A model generated the notes under the pieces. It worked only from the letters and a program-made list of their open reading frames with translations. It was not told the origin of the DNA and ran no database searches. From an uncultured beta proteobacterium (GTDB lineage: Bacteria > Pseudomonadota > Gammaproteobacteria > Burkholderiales > Burkholderiaceae_F), in NCBI GenBank assembly GCA_963746085.1, contig CAVVAI010000008.1:291777-355776 (forward strand): DNA of 64,000 bases, given 5' to 3'. Below, in pieces: positions 9,716 through 20,356 of the stretch. Positions within the stretch are counted from its first letter, which is position 1; every line of letters begins with the position of its first letter. The position numbers and the translations under genes were made by a program.

Positions 9716-9791
9716 TGGTGCCGCTGAGAGGAGTCGAACCTCCGACCTTCGCATTACGAATGCGCTGCTCTACCAACTGAGCTACAGCGGC
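9716..9791 (-). tRNA. tRNA-Thr (anticodon CGU)
   Basis: Reverse complement reads GCCGCTG-TA-GCTCAGTTGGTAGAGC-A-GCGCA-TTCGTAA-TGCGA-AGGTC-GGAGGTTCGACTCCTCT-CAGCGGC-ACCA. Clean cloverleaf with encoded CCA. Confidence 0.93.
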
Positions 9792-9846
9792 CGATGTTTC
9801 TCTCGCTAGAGCGAGCCGCGAAGTATAAGGGCCGCTGTCTTGCGTC

Positions 9847-10980
9847 CTAGTGAGCGTGGCGCAACAACGCCCAGGCGACGTGCTCACACACCAGCTCGCT
9901 CGGATGATCCGCCCGCGCCCGCAACGCCGCGATCACTTCCGGAGTCGTCGGAGCATTGCCCAGCGCGACTGCGATGTTGCGCAGCCATCGCTCGTGGCCG
10001 ATACGGCGAATCGCCGATCCGGCATGGCGCTCATTGAACTGCGCTTCGTCCCAAGCAAACAACTCGATCAAAGTTGCTGTGTCGAGTCCGTTGCGTACAT
10101 CGAAGTCGGCCAACGCTGCCAAGCGCGCGAACTTGTTCCACGGACACACGAGCTGGCAGTCGTCGCAGCCGTAGACCCGATTGCCAATCAGCGACCGCAG
10201 ATCGACCGGGATCGATCCATGATGCTCGATCGTCAGATATGAAATGCAACGGCGCGCGTCGAGCTGGTACGGCGCGGTGATCGCCTGTGTCGGGCAGATG
10301 TCGATGCAGCGCGAGCACTTGCCGCAATGATCTGGGGTCGGTCCATCGATCGGCAGCGGCAGATCGGTCAGGATTTCGCCGAGAAAAAACATCGAGCCCG
10401 CGTCCTGCGACAGCAACAGCGTGTGCTTGCCGCGCCAGCCGAGGCCCGCCTTGCGCGCCAGTTCGACTTCGAGCACCGGCGCCGAATCCGTCGCCACGCG
10501 ATACCCGATGCGCCCCGCTTCCGCTTCGATCATCGAGGCCAGCTTTTGCAACCGCTCACGCAGAATCTTGTGATAGTCGCGACCGCGCGCGTAAATCGAT
10601 ACGACCGCTTCATTCGGCTGTGCTATCCGATCGAATTCACGCTGCGCCCAATCGTCCGGAGTGTCGCGCGGCAGGTAATCCATGCGCGCAACAATCACCC
10701 GCAATGCACCCGGCAGCAGGCGCGCGGGGTCGGCTCGCAACCCGGCGTGTCGCTGCAGATAATCCATATCGCCGTGCCGACCGTCAGCGAGCCATGCATC
10801 GAGCCGCTCAGCCGCACGCGCCACGTCGACATCGGCAATGCCGATCCGCGCGAACCCCAACTCCTCACCCCAGCGACGAATGCCCGATGCGAGTGCACTG
10901 AGATCGCGGGGAAGATCGCCCGTGGTCAGCGGCGGCGCAACGCAGACGCCCGACTCGCGTGCTGGTGTTACGGCTGCCAC
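9847..10980 (-). CDS. queG: epoxyqueuosine reductase
   Basis: 377 aa. 'YARGRDYHK', two 4Fe-4S motifs 'CGKCSRCIDICP' and 'CDDCQLVCPWN', HEAT-like C-terminus. Exact start uncertain. Confidence 0.88.
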   Translation of the reverse strand: MAAVTPARESGVCVAPPLTTGDLPRDLSALASGIRRWGEELGFARIGIADVDVARAAERLDAWLADGRHGDMDYLQRHAGLRADPARLLPGALRVIVARMDYLPRDTPDDWAQREFDRIAQPNEAVVSIYARGRDYHKILRERLQKLASMIEAEAGRIGYRVATDSAPVLEVELARKAGLGWRGKHTLLLSQDAGSMFFLGEILTDLPLPIDGPTPDHCGKCSRCIDICPTQAITAPYQLDARRCISYLTIEHHGSIPVDLRSLIGNRVYGCDDCQLVCPWNKFARLAALADFDVRNGLDTATLIELFAWDEAQFNERHAGSAIRRIGHERWLRNIAVALGNAPTTPEVIAALRARADHPSELVCEHVAWALLRHAH

Positions 10981-11348
10981 GAATAGAAAACCCGCAGCGG
11001 GGCGATGCGATACGCAAAAATCCCCGATCGCACGCCAGGGTCCGCCTCTATCACAACCTTCGCCGCATCCAGCGTATCAGCCTTAAGAAAGATCATCCCA
11101 AGATCGCCGTATCTCGCGCCGAAGACGATCGTCCCCTCCTTTCTCAGGCGATTGAGATTCGCCGAATGCTCGCGAAAGCCTGGCTGATCGGAAGGCGCCA
11201 GCGACTTGTTCCAACTCGGTCCAGTCTCGAAGTGAACGACGAATAGCGGTGATGGAGTTAGCGGCGCAGTCTCGGCCGCAACTGCGACCGCTGACAAACA
11301 AAGCGCGAGAGCCGCGAGCCAGGTTTCGATTGCTGCGCGCCTTCGCAT
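10968..11348 (-). CDS. YciI-like family protein with signal peptide
   Basis: 126 aa with N-terminal signal ('LAALALCLSAVAVAAE'). Body 'FVVHFETGPSW...HSANLNRLRKEGTIVFGARYGD' resembles the YciI/COG2350 fold. Confidence 0.5.
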   Translation of the reverse strand: MRRRAAIETWLAALALCLSAVAVAAETAPLTPSPLFVVHFETGPSWNKSLAPSDQPGFREHSANLNRLRKEGTIVFGARYGDLGMIFLKADTLDAAKVVIEADPGVRSGIFAYRIAPLRVFYSWQP

Positions 11349-11839
11349 CAGGAGCCCGCGTTACCCGGCGAGTTTTCAAGGAACCATTGCGCGATATCCG
11401 GCATGTGCGGCTCGAACGCGCCGGGGATGGACAGATTCAGCACCCCTGCGCGCGTGCTTCCCCGATTCTCGAAGTCATGCGTGACACCGCCCGGCACGAG
11501 GACAAATGAACCCTTGGTGGCATGCGTCCAATGCTCACCCACGCGCACGCTCATCGTGCCTTCGATCACATAGAAAACGTCGTCCGCGGGATGCGAGTGA
11601 GCTCCGGGTCCTTGGGTGTTCGGCTCAAGCCACCATTCGGAGATCGAATAGCGCGAGGCGGTTTCAGCACCGTCGGCCTTGAATACTGCGCTGATGCGGC
11701 CCATCGGATAGGCGCGGCCTTCGCCCGGACCCAGGACCACCGCCTCTCGCGGCGGAATCGGCTCGTCAGCGATCGGCACAGACGGCGCGAGGGTCTCAGT
11801 CATGGGTGCACTCCGAGCAGGGTATTGGTGTTCCTGCAC
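11348..11839 (-). CDS. cupin domain protein
   Basis: 'GPGAHSHPADDVFYVIEGTMSVRVGE...VLVPGGVTHDFEN' carries cupin motifs 1 and 2. The start may be the internal Met ('MTETLAP'). Confidence 0.75.
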   Translation of the reverse strand: MQEHQYPARSAPMTETLAPSVPIADEPIPPREAVVLGPGEGRAYPMGRISAVFKADGAETASRYSISEWWLEPNTQGPGAHSHPADDVFYVIEGTMSVRVGEHWTHATKGSFVLVPGGVTHDFENRGSTRAGVLNLSIPGAFEPHMPDIAQWFLENSPGNAGS

Positions 11840-11934
11840 TTATCGTCACTCCTCGGTTAGCGGATAAACGCGCAGCGTGTTTGAACTAGTAAGTAGGATA
11901 AGACACTGTCTATCCAACCAGCCGCGCGACACCC

Positions 11935-12477
11935 GTGCCCACGTTACTGACCCTCAAAAATGCCGAGGCAACCGATGCGTTGGGGCATTCGCTTGCCCGG
12001 GCGTTGCAACATCATTTCGAGGCTATTCGCGCCGCTGGCCTCCAGCTAAATCTCTCCGGCGATATCGGTGCCGGCAAGACCGCGCTGGTGCGGGCGATGC
12101 TGCGCGCGCTCGGCGTCGACGGCCCGGTCAAGAGCCCCACGTTTGCCCTGCTTGAACCTTATACCGTTTCGAGCTTAGACTTCTACCACTTTGATTTTTA
12201 TCGGCTTAAGGAGCCCGCCGACTTCGGTAGCGCGGGCTTTCGGGAGCTTTTTGGATCGGGCCGGATTTGTGTCGTCGAATGGCCGGAGCGGGCCGGTCCG
12301 CGACTGCCAACCGCCGACATCTCGATCACGTTGACCGTGCACGGCGACGGTCGGGTGGCAACGATCAGCACGACAGGCGAATTGGGCGAGGCATGTCTGA
12401 GCAGCGCGATGGAGGAAGTCGAAGCAGCCGGCGGCGGTTCATCACCGCCAGCGCCGGCACGCTCGTCCTCGCGCTGA
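11935..12477 (+). CDS. tsaE: tRNA threonylcarbamoyladenosine biosynthesis ATPase TsaE
   Basis: GTG start. P-loop 'GDIGAGKTALVRAML', 'SPTFALLEPY', 'YHFDFYRL', 'VVEWPE'. The 3' end overlaps the amiC start. Confidence 0.85.
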   Translation: MPTLLTLKNAEATDALGHSLARALQHHFEAIRAAGLQLNLSGDIGAGKTALVRAMLRALGVDGPVKSPTFALLEPYTVSSLDFYHFDFYRLKEPADFGSAGFRELFGSGRICVVEWPERAGPRLPTADISITLTVHGDGRVATISTTGELGEACLSSAMEEVEAAGGGSSPPAPARSSSR

Positions 12478-13664
12478 CGCATCACGAGATTGCGTTCGGG
12501 GCGACGCTGCTCGCGGTGCGCGTGTGGCCGGCGGAGGACTACACGCGCGTCACGCTGGAGCACGACGGGCCGCTCACTTTCTCTCACTTCATCGTGCGCG
12601 ATCCGGCGCATCCGCTGCGGCTGGTGGTGGACATCGACGGCCTGGATTTGACGCCGACTTTGAAGGAGCTCGTCGGAAAGATCGAAGCGAGCGACCCGTA
12701 TATCGCGCTGGTGCGAGTCGGCCAGAACCGGCCAAAGGTAGCGCGGCTGGTGATCGAATTGAAGGAAGACATCAAGCCGCAGGTGTTTTCGCTTGAACCC
12801 GTTGGCCCGTATCAACACCGGCTCGTGCTTGATCTGTACCCGGTCATTCCGCCGGATCCATTGCTTGCATTGCTGCGCGAACACGCGGTGCGGCCCGAGG
12901 GCAAGCCATCGATCACGCCACGCCCGAGTACGCCGGTCAAACCGCCCGACGTGCAGCGCATCGTCACGGTCGCGATCGATCCCGGCCACGGCGGCGAAGA
13001 CCCCGGCGCGGTCGGGCGCGCGGGGACGTATGAAAAAACCGTGACGCTCGAAATCGGCCAGCGACTGCGCGCAATGATCGCCGCTGATCCGACGATGCGG
13101 GTCGCGATGACACGCGACGGCGATTTCTTTGTGCCGCTACGCACGCGAGTTGCGAAAGCGCGTGCAGTGCACGCAGATTTGTTCGTCTCGATTCACGCCG
13201 ACGCGTGGATCCGGCCCGACGCCCGCGGCTCGTCGGTGTTCGCGCTGTCGGAGAACGGCGCGTCGAGTACCGCCGCGGCCTACCTGGCGAAGAAGGAAAA
13301 CAACGCCGATCGGGTCGGTGGCATCAACCTGGCTTTGAAAGACCGCCAGCTGCAGCGCGTATTGCTCGACTTGTCGACCACCGCGCAGATCAACGACAGC
13401 CTGAAGCTCGGCAACTCAGTGCTGCGCGAGCTGGAGCGCATCAACCGCCTACACAAGCCGCGGGTCGAACAGGCGGGCTTCGCCGTGTTGAAAGCGCCGG
13501 ACATTCCGTCGATCCTGGTCGAGACCGCATTCATCAGCAATCCTGACGAAGAAAAGCGCTTGCGCGATGACGACTACCAGGACCGGATGGCGCGCGCGAT
13601 ACTGGCCGGCATCAAGCGCTACTTCGCGAAGAACCCGCCGCTGGCGCGCACTCCGCTTACTTGA
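12393..13664 (+). CDS. amiC: N-acetylmuramoyl-L-alanine amidase (AmiC type, Tat-exported)
   Basis: ATG at 12393 gives the twin-arginine signal 'SRRRFITASAGTLVLAL'. AMIN domain 'VRVWPAEDYTRVTLE'. Amidase_3 'IDPGHGGEDPGA...SIHADA...VLKAPDIPSILVETAFISN'. Confidence 0.88.
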   Translation: MSEQRDGGSRSSRRRFITASAGTLVLALTHHEIAFGATLLAVRVWPAEDYTRVTLEHDGPLTFSHFIVRDPAHPLRLVVDIDGLDLTPTLKELVGKIEASDPYIALVRVGQNRPKVARLVIELKEDIKPQVFSLEPVGPYQHRLVLDLYPVIPPDPLLALLREHAVRPEGKPSITPRPSTPVKPPDVQRIVTVAIDPGHGGEDPGAVGRAGTYEKTVTLEIGQRLRAMIAADPTMRVAMTRDGDFFVPLRTRVAKARAVHADLFVSIHADAWIRPDARGSSVFALSENGASSTAAAYLAKKENNADRVGGINLALKDRQLQRVLLDLSTTAQINDSLKLGNSVLRELERINRLHKPRVEQAGFAVLKAPDIPSILVETAFISNPDEEKRLRDDDYQDRMARAILAGIKRYFAKNPPLARTPLT

Positions 13665-14328
13665 GCACGCGCACCGTTTTCCTGCGCCGTAGCAGCCGCA
13701 CGAACGCAGCGAGCACCAGCGGACCGAGCACTGCGGCGATGCCGACGATCAGGATCACCCCGAGGTTGTCGCGAACGAGCGGAATGTTCCCGAACAAGTA
13801 GCCGCCATAGACCAGCGACACGACCCACACGCCGGCGCCCAGCACGTTGAAGAACTGGAACTTGTGAAAGTCCATGCCCGAAGCGCCCGCGACCAATGGA
13901 GCGAACGAGCGCACCACCGGAACGAAGCGTGAAATCATCACCGTCTTGCCGCCGTGCCGCTCGAAAAAAGCGTGCGTCTTCATCAACGCGTGCTGATCGA
14001 TCCAGCTGATCGTGCCGTCGTACACCTTCTTGCCGAGCCACGCCCCGATAAAGTAATTGAGCGTGTTCCCGAGCACGGCAGCCGCGGCAATGATGAGGAC
14101 GAGCAGGTGAACGTTCAGTCCCTTGAACTCAACCGCCGGCAGCGCTGACACCGCACCGGCGACGAACAGCAGCGAGTCGCCGGGCAGGAACGCCATAAAG
14201 ACGAGACCTGTTTCCGAAAAGAAAATCGAGAACAGCACGACGTAGACGAGCATCACATTGCGTTCGACGATCGCCGAAAGAAAGCGATCGGTCGCCGTGA
14301 ACAGGTCGAGCCAGTTGATACCTTCCAT
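13657..14328 (-). CDS. DedA family membrane protein
   Basis: ATG at 14328. 'FFSETGLVFMAFLPGDSLLFVAGA' and 'HGGKTVMISRFVPVVRSFAPLVAG' are DedA/SNARE-associated motifs. Confidence 0.85.
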   Translation of the reverse strand: MEGINWLDLFTATDRFLSAIVERNVMLVYVVLFSIFFSETGLVFMAFLPGDSLLFVAGAVSALPAVEFKGLNVHLLVLIIAAAAVLGNTLNYFIGAWLGKKVYDGTISWIDQHALMKTHAFFERHGGKTVMISRFVPVVRSFAPLVAGASGMDFHKFQFFNVLGAGVWVVSLVYGGYLFGNIPLVRDNLGVILIVGIAAVLGPLVLAAFVRLLRRRKTVRVLK

Positions 14329-14439
14329 CGGAGCTGATTCAGGCAGCGCGAATTGCGCGAAGCGGAGTGCGAGGCAGCGCGGGATCATACGTGAGGCAAG
14401 ACTTTGAGACACTCACGCGTCATTCCTATAATCCCTTAG

Positions 14440-16188
14440 ATGAATGCCACGCTTCGTCGCGCGATACGGCCCTTGGCCGACGCACTGATCAGCCAGATCG
14501 CTGCGGGCGAAGTGGTCGAGCGACCGGCGTCGGTCGTCAAGGAGTTGCTCGAGAACAGCCTGGATGCCGGCGCGACGCAAATCGACATCAAACTGGAAGC
14601 GGGCGGCATCAGGCGCATCATCGTCGCCGACAACGGCGCCGGCATTCCATGCGACGAACTGCCTCTCGCGATGGCACGGCACGCCACCAGCAAGATCGCG
14701 AGCCTGGAAGAACTCGAGGGCGTCGAGTCGCTGGGCTTTCGGGGCGAAGCGCTGGCATCGATCGCGTCGGTTGCCGACGTATCGATCACCTCACGCGTTG
14801 CCGACGGCGACAGCGCTTTCTGCGTGCGCAGCAGTAACCGCGACGTCGAGCCGGCGGCCGGCTCGATCGGCACGCGCATCGAAGTGGCCGACCTGTTTCA
14901 CAAGACACCGGCGCGGCGCAAGTTCCTGCGCAGCGAAGCCACCGAACTGGCGCATTGCCTGACGCAGGTCGAGCGCGCAGCGGCTGCCCATTCATCGGTC
15001 GCATTCACCGCCACCCATCAGGGGCGCACGATGCTCGCGCTGCCGGCCCAGCCACCGCGCGAGCGCGCTTTGCGCCTGATGCCCGAAGAATTCGCCGTGG
15101 CTCGGCGCGAAGTCGAGCAGGATGCCGGCACGGTGCGCGTGCACGGCTGGGCCGGCGCACCAACCGCGAGCCGCGCACGCGCCGACGCGCAGTATTTTTT
15201 CGTCAATGGCCGCTACGTGCGCGACAAGCGTGCTGACGCACGCGGTGCGCGCGGCCTACGCCGACGTGCTGCACGGCGCGGCGCAGCCGATGTACTGCCT
15301 GTACCTGACGATCGACCCGAAGCGGGTCGACGTCAACGTGCACCCGACCAAGATCGAAGTGCGGTTTCGCGATTCGTCGAGTGTTCACCAGTTTGTGCTG
15401 CACGCGGTGCAGGCGGCGCTTGCACAATCGGTGCAACCGCTGCAGCCGTCGGTCATGGAGCCGCACGGTGCGGACACGGCGTACCGGCTGACGTCATCAC
15501 ATCAAACGTCGTTCGGCGTCGCGCAGACGGTTGCCAACTACCTCGCGCTGCTGGCTGAGCGTCCGGCCTCGTTCGTCAACGAGGCGAGCGATGAAGCGCC
15601 CGATCTGCCCCTGGGGTTCGCGGTCGCCCAGCTATCGGGCATCTACATCCTGGCGCAAAACGAACGCGGACTGATCATCGTCGACATGCACGCGGCGCAC
15701 GAGCGCATCGTGTATGAAAAGTTGAAGCGCCAGCTCGATCAACGCCAGATTCCGCAGCAACGGCTGCTGATACCGCAGGTGTTCAACGTCTCGGCCGTCG
15801 AGATCGCGACCGCGACCGAGCATGGCGAGTTGCTCGAGCAACTCGGGCTCGACGTTTCGCTCGCCTCGACCGACACAGGTCGCATTGCGCGGGGTCCCCG
15901 CACTGCTGTCGCAGGCCGATGGCGCCGAGCTCGACGCGCGATGTGCTGCGCGACGTGCGCGAATACGGCGGCTCGCGCGTGCTGACCGAGCACCGGAACG
16001 AATTGTTGTCGACACTGGCCTGCCATGGTGCCGTGCGCGCCAACCGCCGGCTCACAATTGACGAAATGAACGCGTTGCTGCGTGAGATGGAAGCGACCGA
16101 GCGCTCCGATCAGTGCAACCACGGCCGCCCAACCTGGGTCCAGCTCGCCGTCGGAGATCTAGACAAATTGTTCATGCGCGGACGATGA
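14440..16188 (+). pseudogene. mutL: DNA mismatch repair protein MutL, at least 3 frameshifts
   Basis: The N-terminus 'IAAGEVVERPASVVKELLENSLDAG' runs to '..YFFVNGRYVRDK' in frame 1. 'VLTHAVRAAYADVLHG...VNVHPTKIEVRF' continues in frame 2, switching at about 15229. '[18 protein letters not shown]' is in frame 0, switching at about 15870. '[12 protein letters not shown]...[11 protein letters not shown]' returns to frame 1 at about 15934. Confidence 0.88.
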
Positions 16189-17438
16189 GCAGCGCGTCCG
16201 CCCACACACCGAGCGCCGCCAACGCCCGGATCGCTGCCGCAGGCCTGACCGCGACGACGATTCTGCTGCTGACCGCGGGTCTGTCGATGCTACAGCCGCT
16301 ATCGACCGACTTGTACTTGTCGACGCTGCCCGGTATCGCGACCTACTTCAACGCCAGCGTCGCATCGGTGCAATCGACGCTGTGGATCTTCATCGCGGCG
16401 TTCGGCACGTGGCAGTTGTTGGCAGGCCCGTTATCGGATCGATTCGGCCGCTATCCGATCGTTGTAGCCGGCGCCTTCACCTACTGCGCAGCCAGCGTGC
16501 TGGCGACATTCGCACCATCGCTCGAACTTCTTATCGTCGGCCGCATCCTGCAAGCGGTGGGTGCATGCACCTGCCTGGTGGGTGCGCGCGGCTTCATACG
16601 CGATTTGTACTCGCCGACCGAAGGCGCGCGGATGCTCGCGAACGCCGCCACCCTGATGAGCCTCGCGCCGCTGATTGGTCCCCTGCTCGGCGCGGCGCTG
16701 TATGTGCGCTACGGCTGGCGTTCGTCGTTTGCACTGCTCGCGGCATTTTCGCTGTTGCTGGCGTGCACTGCGGCCATCAAGCTGAAAGAAACCAACACGC
16801 GCCGCAATCCGCACGCGCTCAGCTGGGTGCCGATGCTGCGCACCTATGCCAGCGTCGCTCGCTCGCCGGCGTTTCGTGCCTACACGCTCGCAGCGGCAGC
16901 GACCTACGCTTGCCTGTTCGCATTCCTGTCCGGTTCGTCGTTCGTCCTGATCAACGTGCTGGGCCAGACACCGACGGTCTTCGCGCTGACGTTCGCAACG
17001 ATGGTTGTCGGATACCTGATCGGCACGGTTGTGTGCCGCAGACTGCTGGCAGTGCACGGCATTCAGCGCACCGTGACCATCGGTGCGACGCTGCAGGCCG
17101 TCACCGGAATGACGATGGCGGCATTGGCGCTGAGCGGCGTTCATGTTCCGCTCGCGCTCGGCGGCCCGATTTTTTTTCTCGGCCTATCGCATGGACTGAT
17201 TCAGCCGCCGGTGCAATCGGGCGCGGTCGCACCGTTCCCGCACGCGGCCGGTGCGGCCGCCGCCCTGCTCGGCTTTGTGATGATGGTCGTCGCGGCCTTG
17301 GTCGGCATATGGATCGGCGCCAGCTACAACGCCACCGTGTATCCGCTGACCTTGACGATTTGCGCGTGCGCGCTCGCATCGGCAGCGATCGCGTTCACGC
17401 TGGTACGCAAGGACGGCGACATCGCAGCGCATGGCTGA
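16185..17438 (+). CDS. MFS transporter (Bcr/CflA drug-resistance subfamily)
   Basis: ATG at 16185 overlaps the mutL stop (ATGA). 12-TM profile with '[16 protein letters not shown]' (MFS motif A-like). Confidence 0.8.
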   Translation: MSSASAHTPSAANARIAAAGLTATTILLLTAGLSMLQPLSTDLYLSTLPGIATYFNASVASVQSTLWIFIAAFGTWQLLAGPLSDRFGRYPIVVAGAFTYCAASVLATFAPSLELLIVGRILQAVGACTCLVGARGFIRDLYSPTEGARMLANAATLMSLAPLIGPLLGAALYVRYGWRSSFALLAAFSLLLACTAAIKLKETNTRRNPHALSWVPMLRTYASVARSPAFRAYTLAAAATYACLFAFLSGSSFVLINVLGQTPTVFALTFATMVVGYLIGTVVCRRLLAVHGIQRTVTIGATLQAVTGMTMAALALSGVHVPLALGGPIFFLGLSHGLIQPPVQSGAVAPFPHAAGAAAALLGFVMMVVAALVGIWIGASYNATVYPLTLTICACALASAAIAFTLVRKDGDIAAHG

Positions 17439-18390
17439 AGCGGTCGACGCTGTTTTGCTGCTCGGCCCGACGGCCAGCGGCAAAAGCGCGCTCGCGATGC
17501 AGCTTGCGGAAAAGATTCCGCTCGAGATCGTGTCGGTCGACTCGGCGCAGGTGTATCGCGGCATGGATATCGGGACCGCGAAGCCGGGCGCCGCAGATCG
17601 CGCGGAGGTCCCGCATCACCTGCTCGATATCCGTGACCCGGCTGACCCGTACTCGGCCGCCGACTTCGTGCGCGACGCGACGCTGGCGATCCGCGAGATT
17701 CGCGGACGGGGCAAGCTGCCGTTGCTGGTCGGCGGCACGATGTTGTACGCGAAAGCGTTGCGCTACGGTTTGTCCGAGCTGCCGTCGGCTGATCTGAAGG
17801 TGCGTGAACGGATTGAAGACGAGGCACGGGAGCTGGGGTGGCCGGCGATGCATGCGCGGCTTGCGCAGGTCGATCCGGCGACTAGCGAGCGTCTGAAGCC
17901 AAACGACGGTCAGCGTATACAGCGCGCGCTCGAGGTCTATCAGACCACTGGCACGCCGATGTCGAATTTGCTGGCCAACGTCCAGACGCCTTCACTCAAG
18001 CTGGCAACGATCGCATTGATGCCAGCCGATCGCGCGCACTTACACCGCCGCATCGAACAGCGCGTCGAGGCGATGATCGTGGCGGGCTTCGTTGATGAAG
18101 TCCGGGCGCTGCATGCTCGCGGTGACCTGCATGCCAACCTGCCTGCAATGCGCAGCGTCGGATATCGCCAGGCATGGAGTTTGATTGAAGGTGGCCTTGC
18201 GGCCGCCCAGTTCCGCGCCGCTGTGATTGCGGCTACGCGCCAACTTGCCAAGCGCCAGATCACATGGCTGCGATCGACGAAGACTGACTTTCTCACAGCG
18301 TCCTCGGTTACGGTGAATGACGACCTCACACTGTTTATCAAGGAACACGCTGATTCCTGCCCAATGGACTTGTCGACGGTTCACACCTGA
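17431..18390 (+). CDS. miaA: tRNA dimethylallyltransferase
   Basis: '[18 protein letters not shown]', '[18 protein letters not shown]', 'HHLLDI', 'LVGGTMLY'. 319 aa, apparently intact. Confidence 0.92.
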   Translation: MAEAVDAVLLLGPTASGKSALAMQLAEKIPLEIVSVDSAQVYRGMDIGTAKPGAADRAEVPHHLLDIRDPADPYSAADFVRDATLAIREIRGRGKLPLLVGGTMLYAKALRYGLSELPSADLKVRERIEDEARELGWPAMHARLAQVDPATSERLKPNDGQRIQRALEVYQTTGTPMSNLLANVQTPSLKLATIALMPADRAHLHRRIEQRVEAMIVAGFVDEVRALHARGDLHANLPAMRSVGYRQAWSLIEGGLAAAQFRAAVIAATRQLAKRQITWLRSTKTDFLTASSVTVNDDLTLFIKEHADSCPMDLSTVHT

Positions 18391-18765
18391 TCGACGCCCG
18401 CTGAATCGGTGGGGATCAACTACAAGTGCAAGGCCATTGCGAGGCGCGAAATACTGGTTGGCGCATGAAGCCGCCTGCCTGATCAACCAGCGCATCAGGT
18501 TCGGTATGTCGGCTGCAAGAAAGGAGTAGCCCGGCGAGGTCGAGCGCAACGCTGGCGAGTTTCAAACCGTACAACCGCACCCCGCGAATCGGGCGGACCA
18601 GCTCCGGCCGAAATTGCCCGAGGCGCTCGATTTCGTCGGCGGCTTCCTTGACGGCGATTCCACGGGGGCCGGTTTTTTGCCGAATTCGTGGGGCATCCGT
18701 GGGGTGCGCGATTCGAAGCTTCTTTCCATCCGCGGCGGGGTGCCGCGGCGACCAGGAGAGCAGCC

Positions 18766-19020
18766 ATGAAATTATTTGAATCGCTTCCGTCAGCAGCCCC
18801 GTTGCGCCGTCTGGTACTGGCGCGCCTAGCCGCCGGGCTTATTGTCCTGATCGCGATCGTCCTCGCACCACCGACGTCGGACTCGATTGCAACGTTCAAC
18901 TTTAGCGCGCTGGAGCTCGCAAACCTGCAGGACGGCGACGACGGGCTTCAGGCCGAAAAGGGCATCGAGGTGCAGGAGACGGAGGCCGAACCGGTGGAGC
19001 CGCTGTCTATGTCGTACTGA
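18766..19020 (+). CDS. hypothetical small membrane protein (84 aa)
   Basis: ATG at 18766 is preceded by 'aggagag' 6 nt upstream. One TM helix 'LVLARLAAGLIVLIAIVLAPP' followed by an acidic tail. No family recognised. Confidence 0.4.
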   Translation: MKLFESLPSAAPLRRLVLARLAAGLIVLIAIVLAPPTSDSIATFNFSALELANLQDGDDGLQAEKGIEVQETEAEPVEPLSMSY

Positions 19021-19030
19021 TGTTTCCGGT

Positions 19031-20356
19031 CTACCAGCCGATCGCGGCCGGCAGCCAGGTCGCGATCGCCGGAAATAGGAACACCAGCACGATGCCGACG
19101 ATCTGCAGCACTACAAATGGGATGACGCCGACGTAGATGTGGCGCGTCGTGATCTCCGGCGGCGCCACGCCGCGCAGGAAGAACAGCGCCCAGCCAAACG
19201 GCGGGGTCAGAAACGATGACTGCAGGTTGACGGTGATCAGCATCGCGAGCCACACGGGATCGACACCCGCGGCCATGAAGATCGGCAGGAACAGCGGCAC
19301 CGCGATATAGCTGATCTCGATCCATTCGAGAAAAAATCCGAGCACGAAAATCAGCGCCATCAGAAACCAGATGTCGGCGCTGATGCCGCCCGGCAGCAGG
19401 GTGAAAAGGTCCTCGATCAGTTTTTCGCCCCGCAGTCCGCGGAACGCCAGGCTAAACACCTGCGCGCAGATCAGGATGAACAGCACCATCGCGGAGATAC
19501 GCGTGGTGGTCTGCATCACTTCGCGCAACACTTTGAACGACAGTCGGCGCGCAAGTGCGACAACGAGGATCGATCCGAGGGCGCCCATCGAGGCTGCCTC
19601 AGTGGGCGCCGCGACGCCGGCGATGATCGAACCCAGCACCGATAGGACTAACGCGAGCGGCGGCAACGCCACCTTGAACACTCGCACCCAGAGCTCGCGC
19701 CGCGGCAGCGCGTCACGCTCGGCGCGCGGTACCGGCGGCATCGAGTTCGGGCGCAGCCATCCATAGACGATGATCCACGCGCAATACAGTGCGGCGAGCA
19801 TCAGCCCGGGCATCACGGCGGCGGCGAAGAGCGTGCCGACCGAGAGCTGCATGATGTCCGACAGCAGAATCAGCACCAGGCTGGGAGGAAGGATCTGCCC
19901 GAGCGTGCCCGACGCGCAAATCGCGCCGCACGAAATCTCTGCGTCGTAGCCACGCCGCAGCAGGGTGGGCAGCGTCAGCAGCCCGAGCGTGATGACGGTC
20001 GCGCCGACGATGCCGGTAGTCGCTCCCATCAACACGCCCACGCCGATGATGCCGAGCGCCATGCCGCCGCGCACGCCGCCCGCCAGGTGGCCGATCACAT
20101 CGAGCAGATCTTCGGCGAGGCGCGACTTTTCGAGCATCACGCCCATGAAGACGAACAGCGGAATCGCGAGCCACTGATAGTTGGCTACCACCCCGTAGAT
20201 GCGCGCCGGCAGAAGATTGAACAGCGACTCGCCGAAGCCCATAAAGCCGAAGATGAAACCGCTCGCAGCGAGCGTGATGCCGACCGGCACGCCGGCGATC
20301 AGCATCACGAAAAATCCGATCAGCAGCCCGATCGCTAGCCACTCCTGCAGACTCAT
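19031..20356 (-). CDS. dctM: TRAP transporter large permease (DctM family), intact
   Basis: 441-aa polytopic ORF. Its stop lies next to the dctQ-like gene, with dctQ/dctP upstream. Confidence 0.88.
   Translation of the reverse strand: MSLQEWLAIGLLIGFFVMLIAGVPVGITLAASGFIFGFMGFGESLFNLLPARIYGVVANYQWLAIPLFVFMGVMLEKSRLAEDLLDVIGHLAGGVRGGMALGIIGVGVLMGATTGIVGATVITLGLLTLPTLLRRGYDAEISCGAICASGTLGQILPPSLVLILLSDIMQLSVGTLFAAAVMPGLMLAALYCAWIIVYGWLRPNSMPPVPRAERDALPRRELWVRVFKVALPPLALVLSVLGSIIAGVAAPTEAASMGALGSILVVALARRLSFKVLREVMQTTTRISAMVLFILICAQVFSLAFRGLRGEKLIEDLFTLLPGGISADIWFLMALIFVLGFFLEWIEISYIAVPLFLPIFMAAGVDPVWLAMLITVNLQSSFLTPPFGWALFFLRGVAPPEITTRHIYVGVIPFVVLQIVGIVLVFLFPAIATWLPAAIGW

Noticed and set aside
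9800-9815. Short palindrome 'ctcgct-ag-agcgag' between queG and tRNA-Thr as a terminator.
   Set aside because: The stem is only 6 bp and has no following T-run on the transcribed strand.
12393-12477. An 85-nt overlap of the tsaE 3' end with the amiC start, as a possible lost stop codon or gene fusion.
   Set aside because: The frames differ and both proteins have complete motifs. The TsaE C-terminus is variable, so a simple overlap is the more economical reading.
18400-18690. Minus-strand reading '...GIAVKEAADEIERLGQFRPELVRPIRGVRLYGLK...' as a transposase or integrase fragment.
   Set aside because: I cannot match it to any family from memory, and there is no start codon. It is reported only as an unexplained spacer, not as a mobile-element feature.
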